33,276 bases of DNA from Octopus bimaculoides (Eukaryota), in NCBI RefSeq assembly GCF_001194135.2, contig NC_068984.1, positions 85,150,183-85,183,458 of the forward strand, given 5' to 3'. Positions 11,385 to 21,109 of the stretch are shown piece after piece. The position numbers and the translations under genes are program-made. Positions within the stretch are counted from its first letter, which is position 1. Every line of letters starts with the position of its first letter. Below the pieces are notes generated by a model that saw only the letters and a program-made list of their open reading frames with translations, was not told the DNA's origin and did no database searches.

Positions 11385-11660
11385 CCTCCCGAAGGACCTG
11401 AGAGACCTGCATGCGGTGGATGTAGGTGTCTTCAAGACAAGGCTGGATCTCTTCCTGTCAGGTGTCCCAGATGAACCAACTTCACGGCAGGAGGCGCAGA
11501 CGAGAGCAGCTGCATCAAACTCTCTCATGCACCAAATGTCAATTCCTGAAGTAAAATTCATGAAGTAAAATTGTGTAGCAACACCAAATGGCGGTGCCCC
11601 AGCATGGCCACAGCTCATGAGCTGAAACTGGATAAAATGAAAATGAAAATGAAAATGAAA
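11385..11660 (+). mobile_element. 3' end of a relatively young CR1-like LINE (ORF2 C-terminus, 3' UTR, (GAAAAT)n tail)
   Basis: Uninterrupted frame 11386-11568: LPKDLRDLHAVDVGVFKTRLDLFLSGVPDEPTSRQEAQTRAAASNSLMHQMSIPEVKFMK*, typical of the CR1 FNxLP..FKxxLD terminus. The 5' part is lost in the gap. Confidence 0.85.
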
Positions 11661-11670
11661 TATATATATA

Positions 11671-11672
11671 TG

Positions 11673-11730
<58 letters not shown>
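11671..11730. repeat. (GATA)n microsatellite
   Basis: Direct reading. Confidence 0.95.
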
Positions 11731-11843
11731 CATATGTGTAATCCGAATAATAAGGTAAAGAAATACTTTAACACATCTTTATTGATTCGTTAAAATCGTT
11801 TCTGTACCAACTCTGCTTGCAACACCAATTTGCATAAGGTTTG

Positions 11844-12017
11844 AAGTGAAAATTTACGTAATCTTTGCAGTTTAAGACATTAGAGTGGCACTTCATCAGA
11901 CTTGAATCAAGGGTGCGTTCTAACATTATGCACATTGTAAGAGCGCATCTTTGATGTGAGTCTGGTGAAGTGCCACTCTAATGTCTAAAAGCGCAAGCAT
12001 TACATAAATTTTCACTT
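11844..12017. mobile_element. 174-bp foldback palindrome (hairpin MITE candidate)
   Basis: Outer arms 11844-11902 and 11959-12017; inner stem TCAAGGGTGCGTTCTAACA / TGTAAGAGCGCATCTTTGA; 10-nt loop. Confidence 0.7.
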
Positions 12018-12134
12018 TGAATATTATTTATTTATTTAATTGAACGCGATGCATCCATTCCCAAGTATATATATATATATTATACGCACATACACACATA
12101 GTTCATGTTTTGAATTTAGGTTCTTGACAGAGAC

Positions 12135-12290
12135 TGTTAGGCACAAGCCCTGAAATTTGGTGGGACGGGTCTAGTCGATTACATGAACCCTTAGTATCCA
12201 ATCAGTACTTATTTCCTCGACCACGAAATGATAAAAGGCAGAGTCGACCTCGGCGGAATTTGAACTCAAGACATAAAAACGGACAAAATA
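12135..12290 (-). mobile_element. tRNA-derived SINE (family A), diverged
   Basis: AAAGGCAGAGTCGACCTCGGCGGAATTTGAACTC matches the family body. Confidence 0.75.
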
Positions 12291-12448
12291 TATATTATAT
12301 GTGCTTCAGTTGTTTAAACAGAATTATTTAGTCTCTTTTTGCCTATGTCTTGTGTCATATTTACACAGCCATTCTCGTAGCAGACACACAGTGTCTGAAA
12401 ATAACAAAGACAGGATGACCATGGCTGAAATGCATTTTTCACCAGTCA

Positions 12449-12487
12449 ATCAGACAGACAGACAGACAGACAGACAGATAGACAGAC

Positions 12488-12534
<47 letters not shown>
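12449..12534. repeat. (GACA)n/(GATA)n microsatellite
   Basis: Direct reading. Confidence 0.95.
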
Positions 12535-12535
<1 letters not shown>

Positions 12536-13699
12536 TAGGCTGAACAAATGCTGAAGGTCAGGTTGTTTACAAAGATTAACGGAAGGAAATTGATCACTCT
12601 GAACTAAAGAAATTTATTGGACTGATTATTCTTATAGGTGCTTATAAATCTAATCATGAAAATGTCAAATCAAGGTTCAAGAGAGACAAATCAAGGTTCA
12701 AGAGTAGTTGAAGACCTAGTAAAAGAACTTGAAAATACTGGTCGCAATATAACAAGTCATAATTGTTTTACAAGTCTAGGATTGGCTTGAAAGCTGTTTA
12801 GCAAGAAAACTAGTTTAGTTGGAACAATTAGAAAGAACAGAGTTGAACTTCTAAGTGCTTTCACAAATGGAAAAGAAGTAGAAATCAACAGCACAATATT
12901 TGGATTTCAAAAGGATTCTAAGATCCTATCTTATTGTTCCAAGAAAAATTGTGTAGTCACTAATGAGTATAATGCACTCTCAGCCTTCAATTGATTCAAA
13001 AAGTGCTGAAAAGAAAGCAGAAGTTATTACATGTTACACCAAAACAAAAGGAGTAGATACCCTAGATAAGATGGCAAGGACATACACTTGCAAAAGAATG
13101 ACTCGAAGATGGCCTATGGTAATATTCTACAACGTGACTGATATAAGTTCAGTGAATGCTTTCATTGTTGCTAAACAGCTTCACTTGCAAAGTTTCAAGG
13201 ATAGAAGAAGACAGTGTCTAATTCAGTTAGGAAAGGAACTTGCTGGAGTTAATGCTAAACAAGAACATGGCAAACAATCTTCCAGTTCCGCTAACATTTC
13301 TCAACCAAACAAGAAAAGAAGACGATCTTGAACCTCATTTGAGTATCTTCAGCCAAAGAAAAAAAAGATGTTCTTTGTGTGGCCCCCCAAAAAAAGACAG
13401 GAAAACTCGTACTTCATGTAAGAATTGTAATATCCATGTTTGCCAAGAACATTCCAATGTCTGCACTCACTGCCATGAAGAGCTGTAATTCTGTACTTTT
13501 GTAATTTTTAAAATTTGTAAATATATTCTGTAAGCTGTATTTTTTTAATAAAAATTTCTTCATTCATCTGATAGCATATATAATGTAGCTAAGAAATAGT
13601 GGTAGTTTGAATAAAATTTAATTAAAAGAAAGATATTGGGTGCATTGGACCCAGTTGGTACCTAGTGACATACATTTTCTCTGGTAGACTAAGAGTTAA
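12534..13699 (+). mobile_element. Defective piggyBac transposon (PGBD-type transposase pseudogene plus 3' terminus)
   Basis: TNAEG..ELKKFIGLIILIGAYKSNHENV, then a deletion, then GRNITSHNCFTS (12740-12775; catalytic D of the DNxFTS motif changed to H), LVGTIRKNR, GVDTLDKM..RRWPM, and a C-terminal Cys-rich CSLC..CKNCNIHVCQEH. Ends GGTAGACTAAGAG followed by TTAA (13696-13699). Confidence 0.9.
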
Positions 13700-13789
13700 T
13701 CTACATGTCCATGCTCTTTCCATCGGAATCCTCTCAGTATCTTCGATTCCACTTTTCTAGTCATTCTAACCGAAGTCAACCTCAATTCT

Positions 13790-13834
13790 TCCTCTCTCCT
13801 CCCTCCCCATTTCTCTCTACCTCCCCCTCCTATT

Positions 13835-13905
<71 letters not shown>
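13790..13905. repeat. (CT)n microsatellite and C/T-rich tract
   Basis: Direct reading. Confidence 0.95.
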
Positions 13906-13906
<1 letters not shown>

Positions 13907-14144
13907 AATAGCTTTTCAAGTAATTCCTCTCACTCCCCCCATTTTTCTCGGGCACTTCTTGATCTAAATATATTCAAGCTGGAGAAATTAATTCTTAATT
14001 TCTCGAAATTATCTTCCCTTACTTTTGAGAACTGCTAACAATTCCTTGTAGGTTATTATTTTCTTTCTTCAGCTAAACTAAAAATTTTGAAATTGTTAAG
14101 AATTTTTGTTTTTTGCGTTCACCACTCAATACATCCACTTTAAA

Positions 14145-14302
14145 TTGTTGGTGTATTTACGTCCCAATAACCTAGCGGTTCGGCAAAACAGAACAATTGA
14201 AAAAGTCCCAGGCATAGATTCGTTCGTCTACAATTCTTCTAAACGGTGCCCCAGCATGGCCGCAGTCCATTAACTGAAACAAGTAAAGGGTACAAGATAA
14301 AA
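14145..14302 (+). mobile_element. SINE family B, 3' part
   Basis: TAGCGGTTCGGCAAAA...CGGTGCCCCAGCATGGCCGCAGTC..CTGAAACAAGTAAA. Confidence 0.8.
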
Positions 14303-15015
14303 GAAACATCAACAACAACAACAACAACAAATTAGCAATAACAAAACAAAAAAAGAAGAAAAACACGATGCATATTATCAGGGAAATACACGAAAAATTT
14401 TCCGAGTCAGTTTCTGTTGTCACTAATGAATGATAGTCGAATCACATCCACCCTCGAAAGAACGCTAGTTCACCACATGTAACTTTCCAAAGAACATAAA
14501 CTTCACTGATTATTTTTTCTACTCTTTCACTAGTTTTATCTAGTTGTCTGTGGTCATGCTGGAGCAACCTACAAAAAAAAAAACAGAAAGAAAGAGAAGA
14601 AAGAAGGAAAATCTGCAGCAAAATGCTTTCACCTTGTAGTTGATTGAAACTCATGTCTGTTTTGCCAATAGACTAAGAGCTTCTCTACTGAGATAGATCC
14701 GTAAAGCAAATAAACAGCGAAGAAATAAATAAGATACAAAGAAACAGAAGACCTTTTCTTAACAGAGTTTACTTCCAATTACAAAATTCTCATTAGCAAC
14801 ATGACATCAACAAACAACACAGTTTATTTACTAATTTGATGACGTCATTGCTTCAGGCGTCAGATTGCAGCCATCTTTACTTTACTTTTTGCTGCTTTTC
14901 TTTTTCGTTTATTTTATTTTATTTTATTTTATGTTATTTTATTTTATGTTATTTTATTTTTCAATCTAAGCTACGTTTGTGGACTGATGAACATTTTTTT
15001 TTACATAGATACAAA

Positions 15016-15290
15016 TGGTTACTTTGTCACTTCGTTAGTATTCTAACGCTATTTTTCATCCTCAAGTCAATCCTTATCTGGAAGACCTTTAATAAAAGTT
15101 GCCTCGGCTATGGCTAATCTATTCTTACTTCAGACATCGTAACGTGAGGCTTGCATTATACAAGTATCTTCTATTTCAAGATATGGTGATGCACAGTGTG
15201 TATCTGTTTGAGTAAGTATATAAATTTGTTTGTGTGAGTGCATGAACGCAACTCATTTGCAAAATCCCTATCAACATGAGAACACACACG

Positions 15291-15337
<47 letters not shown>

Positions 15338-16066
15338 ACACACACACGCACGAGCCAATATAGAAGGCATTAGATTAGCACTCGGCTTGCTAGAAAAGCA
15401 CATATATTACGCACATACTGTCACACAAGCACGCACGCACGCACGCACACACACACATACACACACACACTTGAGCTAATATTGAAGGCATTACACTAGC
15501 GCTCGATTTGAAAAGGCACCTACCGTATTTTAACGTGTATAAAGAACCCTTTTTTTGTCAAAAATTAGATTTAAAAAATATGGTAGTTTGTTTTATACAT
15601 AGATAGTATTATAATCCCTTACAAAACCTTTTTTTTCCAAATGTTAAGCCCCCAAAATTAGGGGGTTCCTTATAGATGAGGATTTGTTATACACCTTAAA
15701 ATACGGTATATCATGCACATACGCACACACGCAAACATGCATACACACACATACACATACACACGCGCGCACGAGGTAGTATAGAAGCCACAGCACTAGC
15801 GCTCGATCCGCTAGAAAAAGCAGCTAAATGACACACACATGCACTCACACAAACAAATTTATATACTTACTCAAACAGATACACACTGTGCATCACCATA
15901 TCTTGAAATAGAAGATACTTGTATAATGCAAGCCTCACGTTACGATGTCTGAAGTAAGAATAGATTAGCCATAGCCGAGGCAACTTTTATTAAAGGTCTT
16001 CCAGATAAGGATTGACTTGAGGATGAAAAATAGCGTTAGAATACTAACGAAGTGACAAGGTAACCA
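15016..16066. repeat. Long inverted repeat: 229-bp arms (15016-15244 and 15838-16066) with a 593-bp spacer
   Basis: Base-by-base comparison gives 228/229 identical (single mismatch at 15023). Confidence 0.95.
15521..15708. mobile_element. Tc1/pogo(Tigger)-type MITE with TA target duplication
   Basis: TACCGTATTTTAACGTGTATAA ... TTATACACCTTAAAATACGGTA (21/22 inverted match, including the terminal TA). Confidence 0.85.
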
Positions 16067-17990
16067 CGGCATTAAGGATTATAGTCTTAGATGCGCTACC
16101 TTTGATGAAATAACATGATGGCCACGAGTGCATTATTTTTTATCATAAGTGTGTAAGGGACAACGGTTAACTTTGGGTTAAACACTTGATCGNNNNNNNN
16201 NNGTGTGTAAGGGAAAACGGTTAACTTTGGGTTAAACACTTGATCGTTCAAGTGAATATGTTATCGTCGAAACAGATTGCGATCCATCCATCTGTCAATC
16301 CCTCTCTCTCCCTCCCTCCATCCATCCATCCATCCATGTAGCCAGCCAGCCAGCTATGTATATTTTTTTATGAATGAATGAATAAATGAATGAATGAGTC
16401 CAGTGAATGAAAGTTTATGGACTTTTCTTGACGACCTTCGTTCCACTTTTTAAGAAAACAAAACAGTCACCGTGTTATTCCTCTTCTTGAATACTTAGCC
16501 CCTCATTTGGCTTGCGGTAGGGCCTATATGTGCTGGAGCCCAAGTTGAGCGTGACGTCTAAGAAGTCAGCGGTGGTGAGATTGGTTTCGATGGTAATTTT
16601 CAGTCCCATGGAGCCAAGTGTGCTAATTAGATCTTTCCTAAGCCTCTCTAGGCCGTCCCCGTTTGCTCCTCTGGAGATGACAAGGCGTTATCTCTGTAGA
16701 GACCAAAGAAGAGAGAGGGGAACATTTTCTTAAGGGTATCAAGGAAATACAACCGATGAGCTCACATATATCAGTGCTGTCGTAGGCCCTCATTGCTACA
16801 TCAAAAAAGCCCGCGGAGTCGGATTTCTTGACCCAGGTCGAACCTTTATTGAACAGCACTGTTTTCCTACGTGCATAATGACATCTATATCCCTGTCGCT
16901 AACGTTTGTAGGTAGGATATTCCTTAATAGGATATTCTTTAAGTTAATAGATAAAGATTTCACACGTTCACATAGGTACGGACGCATTTTCAACAGGTAC
17001 AACCTTAGGGTCTCTTTTAGCTGTGCCCTGAATATTAAGATATTTCTAATTAGCACCCCTAGACCACGAGCAGAGGTAGAATGCTCATGCAGGGACAACA
17101 ACAGATGCCCAGTGAGAGGCCACTGCGAAACCAAGGGAGTTGTCTATGAAACTGGGGTGCTGGCTGACCCTTTTAACAGCAGCAACATCAGCAGCTTCCC
17201 CAACGGCTACTACAGTAGCAGGGTCGACAGTACTAATGGTAGCAGCAGCAGCAGACACGATCGGAACCAGCGACTGCAACATCGCCAACAATAACAACAA
17301 CAACAACAACATCAACGACAGCAATGGCAGTATCCCTAACGGAAATAGCAGCAGAACCATCGCCATTGATATCTATAGCAACAAGGACAGTGATAGCGCT
17401 TCCATCAACGACGATGACCATAACAGCAACAGCACCACTACCAACATCAGTAGTAGCGGCACCAATACCATTGCCACCTCCAATGACACCAACAGCGTCA
17501 GTACCAACAACAGCGGTAATAGCAACTCCAATACCAACAGATACCACACCGTCAACACCCGAGCACGGAGACACATTGGTTCAACCAGTAACACATTCAA
17601 GCAACGCCTCTCCAACCACAGATCTTCCTTCAGGATGCCGGAAAGGAGATACGTTGCATCATTAGCCAGCCATGTATGACCAGCTGAAGGACGACGGGAT
17701 TCCACTCACAATATCATGGAGAATCCCAGAAAACCAAAGCCCCTACATAAACGGGACCAAGTGCTGTAAACTCTGCATAACGGAACGGGTGAGGATACTA
17801 AAGGACTCCCTCGATCCGGGGAACATCTTTAACTCCAGAACGGAGGTCTTCGGACGATGCTTGCATTTCAGGAAATTCCTACTCGCCTATTGGCACCCAC
17901 AAAATAACAGGGTCACTTACGATCGATAGCCAAAGGGAGACATTCCCTTGTTGTTGACATTGAGTAGCGAGGTCTTTCCTCTTCCGTTTT

Positions 17991-18065
17991 CTAGAGAGGC
18001 CGCTCGCTAGAGAGACCGCTCGCTAGAGAGACCGCTCGCTAGAGAGACCGCTCGCTAGAGAGGCC
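17991..18065. repeat. 16-bp minisatellite (CTAGAGAGACCGCTCG) x4.7
   Basis: Units start at 17991, 18007, 18023, 18039 and 18055. Confidence 0.95.
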
Positions 18066-18079
18066 ATAAACCAACAGGT

Positions 18080-18142
18080 TTGGGATTTGATGATACGCCG
18101 TAAAGCTAAACACTTTATGGACGTGAAACCCAGGGTTTCTAA
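18080..18142 (+). ncRNA. Degenerate type I hammerhead ribozyme in the Penelope 3' pLTR
   Basis: TTGATGA (C3>U) at 18087-93; 11-bp stem II ACGCCGTAAAG/CTTTATGGACGT with one bulge; GAAA at 18125-28; palindromic stem III AAACCC-A-GGGTTT; stem I poor. Confidence 0.55.
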
Positions 18143-18261
18143 TTTAACTGTCTGACGAACGGGAACGTGAACGTCTGAGTAACAGTTTCTGTGATATTTC
18201 TGCTGCTTTTTAATATAGTGTATATATATATATATATGTATAACTTAACAGTACGATAAAA

Positions 18262-18372
18262 TAATTTGATAAAATAAGTACCAGTATTGGGGTCGATTCA
18301 GTTGACTAAAATTCTTCAAGGTGATGCGCCAGCATGGCTGCAGCCCAATGAATGAAGTACGTAAAAGATAAA
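18262..18372 (+). mobile_element. SINE family B 3' fragment
   Basis: GATAAAATAAGTACCAG..GGGGTCGATT..CCAGCATGGCTGCAG..TAAAAGATAAAA. Confidence 0.7.
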
Positions 18373-18530
18373 ATATATATATACATATACATATATACAT
18401 ATATATATACATATATATACATATACATACGTACATACCTAGTTACATGGTGTCTAGAATACTAGGTGCAGTGGCTTCCTGTCATTGACGCACACACATT
18501 TTTGTATGTATGTATATATGTGTATGTGTG

Positions 18531-18617
<87 letters not shown>

Positions 18618-18996
18618 ACACATAGGTTCATATATATGTATATCTAGTAGTGTGTTTATAGGTTACGAATCGACGAAAGAAGTAATTTTAGGGAGTGAGC
18701 GATTTGTTCAAGAAGTAATTTTATTTCTTCATTTCCTTCTTAATTTTTTTTCTTTATTTATTCATTTTGAGGTCTTAAAATAGTTAGCTTGTTTTCAAAG
18801 ATAAAATTAGATTTTCTGGGCTATTAGAATAGTCCGGTTGTTTCCTGGTTTATATCCCCCAAACCATCAGCGGTGAGATAAGTTACTGCTCACATAACAA
18901 AGACTACCATTATATCAATCTCTGACGTTTCTTCATCTCACGAGATATTTTTAATGGATAAAACCTGACTGACCGACTTAGCATAACCAACTCGAC

Positions 18997-19091
18997 ATGT
19001 ATGTATGTATGTATGTATGTATGTATGTATGTATGTATGTATGTATGTATGTATGTATGTATGTATGTATGTATGTATCTATCTATCTATC

Positions 19092-19142
<51 letters not shown>

Positions 19143-19164
19143 ATGCGTATACCTACCTACCTAC

Positions 19165-19206
<42 letters not shown>

Positions 19207-19322
19207 ATATGTATATTCACACAGGTACTTCATATATATATATATGTGTGTGTGTGTGTACGCACAAAACACACACGCACACATACATAAACACATACAC
19301 CACACACACACACGCACACATA
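18997..19322. repeat. Compound (ATGT)n/(ATCT)n/(TG)n/(AT)n/(CA)n microsatellite
   Basis: Direct reading. Similar compound tracts at 18375-18615, 24248-24312, 30770-30865 and 31076-31230. Confidence 0.95.
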
Positions 19323-19549
19323 TATCAGTGTGTATATATTTACTTGTTTAGGGATACGTGGGGCGTGAACGATAATTCCACATGAAACAAAATTATCAAA
19401 CTAATCTTGCATCTGGAAGTCTATAGGCGATCCAAACTGCCTTAGTTAATAATAAACAGCTAATTAATAACATGTGTATATACTATATATGTACTGTGTC
19501 CTTAATAATAATTATACTGTATATATAATAATGGCTATTAACATAAGCA

Positions 19550-20460
19550 CGCGGCCACAGTTGAATTGGTGACGTTACTGAGATGGTAGCGAATGTTGGT
19601 GGGTATTGGTAGGTGTTAGCTCAGTAAATTGAATCTACCCTAGTACTTTAATTATTCATTATGTAGTTGATTCTAGAAGTATGAAAAGAAAATTTGAACC
19701 TAGCGAAATTTCAGCCCTGAACCTAAACAAGGAGACGTGGCGAAATACCGAGAGTATATTTTGGAACCCTACCGGTTGTGTCATACACCGACGAATAATA
19801 CTTATTTCAAATTTAGGCAGAAGACCAGCATTTTTGATGGGAGGAAATTGTCGATTCAATCCCTGTGGAAGGATTTGAAACCGGAACATAGAAAACTGGG
19901 GCATGTTTCTAATTTTGGCACAAGATCAGACATTTAGAAAAGAGTGTTAATGGTTTATTTAGACTTAAGTATTTGAGTGGTACTTTATTTCATCGGCTTC
20001 GGAAAGAATCAAAGTAAAATTTACCTCTGTGGGATTTGAATTTAGAACGTAAAGTGCCGAGACAAATACGGAAAAGCATTTTGTCCGACACATTAACGAT
20101 TCAGCCAATCAAACAACGCCGCACCTAACTGTTGCTACTTAGGGCACAATGGCAGCTATTTCGAGGAGAAGAGGTGAGTGGACTTCACTGAAGCTGATAC
20201 TCGGCGGATATTTTCGTTTGTCGATCGAGGAGGGATAAAAAGTAAAATATACCTCAGAAGGATTTGAACTCAGAGCGTAAAAAGTCTAAACAAACATCGC
20301 AAATCATTTTGTGTTACGCTCTAACAATTCTGCAAACCCACCGTCAACTGTCCAGTAATAATGGTTTCAAATTTTGGCACAAGGCCAGCAATTTCGGGAG
20401 GGGGTAAATCGACCGCATCGATCCCAATGTTCAACTGGTACGTATTTTATCGACCCTGAA
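19550..20460 (-). mobile_element. Cluster of 4-5 diverged SINE family A fragments, all on the minus strand
   Basis: Recurrent TTTCAAATTT(T)GGCA (19805, 19905, 20363) and ATTTGAA(C/T)..AGA(A/G)CGTAAA blocks (about 19693, 20034, 20263). Confidence 0.7.
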
Positions 20461-20492
20461 ACTCTGAAAACGGACGAACTGCCGACTTTGCT

Positions 20493-20910
20493 TATGATCC
20501 AGCATAGTTTGGTTTCTTTCTCAATTAAGACTATGCCTGGTTTCCTATTCTCTATCTCAAGGTCGCACTGAATCATAAAATCCCACAAGATCTTTGCATT
20601 ATCATTTTCGATGATGCCTTAGTATCAGCTGTCTACAGCCAACAGACTAAGGTGACACTTGTTTACTGGGCATGCTTCAAGAACGCTGCGAAGAATTCTT
20701 GCAGTTCTAAGGAATGCTGATTTTTGTAGGTGTTCTACCTCCAGACTTGCACCGATCTTTTTCAGCCATGTTGGAAATTGAGTGCTGATAGTTCCAAGTG
20801 CACCTTATTGACCACAAGCTTCGTATTTCCCACTTCAAATCGTCATAGTTGTTTATTTTTTCTTCTTTTTTCACATTGATCCTGCTGTCACCGGGGCATG
20901 CTATGTCGAT
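20493..20910 (-). mobile_element. RLE-type (R2/R4/NeSL-like) non-LTR retrotransposon C-terminal fragment, in two permuted pieces
   Basis: GIIENDNAKILWDFMIQCDLEIENRKPGIVLIEKETKLCWII (20618-20493) and IDIACPGDSRINVKKEEKINNYDDLKWEIRSLW..GALGTIS..LQKSAFLRTARILRSVLE (20910-20670). This is the restriction-like PD..D/E-xK endonuclease domain. Confidence 0.85.
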
Positions 20911-20969
<59 letters not shown>

Positions 20970-20989
20970 TTATTATTATTATTATTATT
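20911..20989. repeat. (TAC)n(TAT)n trinucleotide repeat
   Basis: Direct reading. Confidence 0.95.
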
Positions 20990-21109
20990 AGACAAGACGA
21001 AGAGCGCGATGCGATTGCAATAGATATTTCATTGGCTGAACGATATTTCGATAGTAAGTCTGTTTTTGTCGAGTTCAAAATAAAAAGTGATAAAAATTCA
21101 AAATTATAG

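Larger units (their letters stand above)
16491..18220 (+). mobile_element. Penelope-like retroelement with a 5'-inverted RT segment (minus, 16491-16908), GIY-YIG endonuclease remnant (plus, 16909-17929) and 3' pLTR
   Basis: Minus strand: LFNKGSTWVKK..FFDVAMRAYDS, YRDNAL (YRDD-type motif), KITIETNLTTADFLDVTLNL..YRPYRKPNE. Plus strand: GRIFL..RIFNRYNLRVSFSC, CSCRDNNRCPVRGHCETKGVVY, HIGSTSNTFKQRLSNH, CKLCITE..NSRTEVFGRCLHFRKFLL. Confidence 0.9.

Noticed and set aside
16149-16246. 44-bp direct repeat around a 10-N gap
   Set aside because: Unmerged contig overlap with one mismatch (probably an allelic SNP); assembly artefact.
17140-17679. 179-aa ORF with a signal-peptide-like start and N/S/T-rich body (secreted mucin-like?)
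   Set aside because: A chimera of an off-frame Penelope segment, the degenerate repeat insert and the YIG half of the endonuclease.
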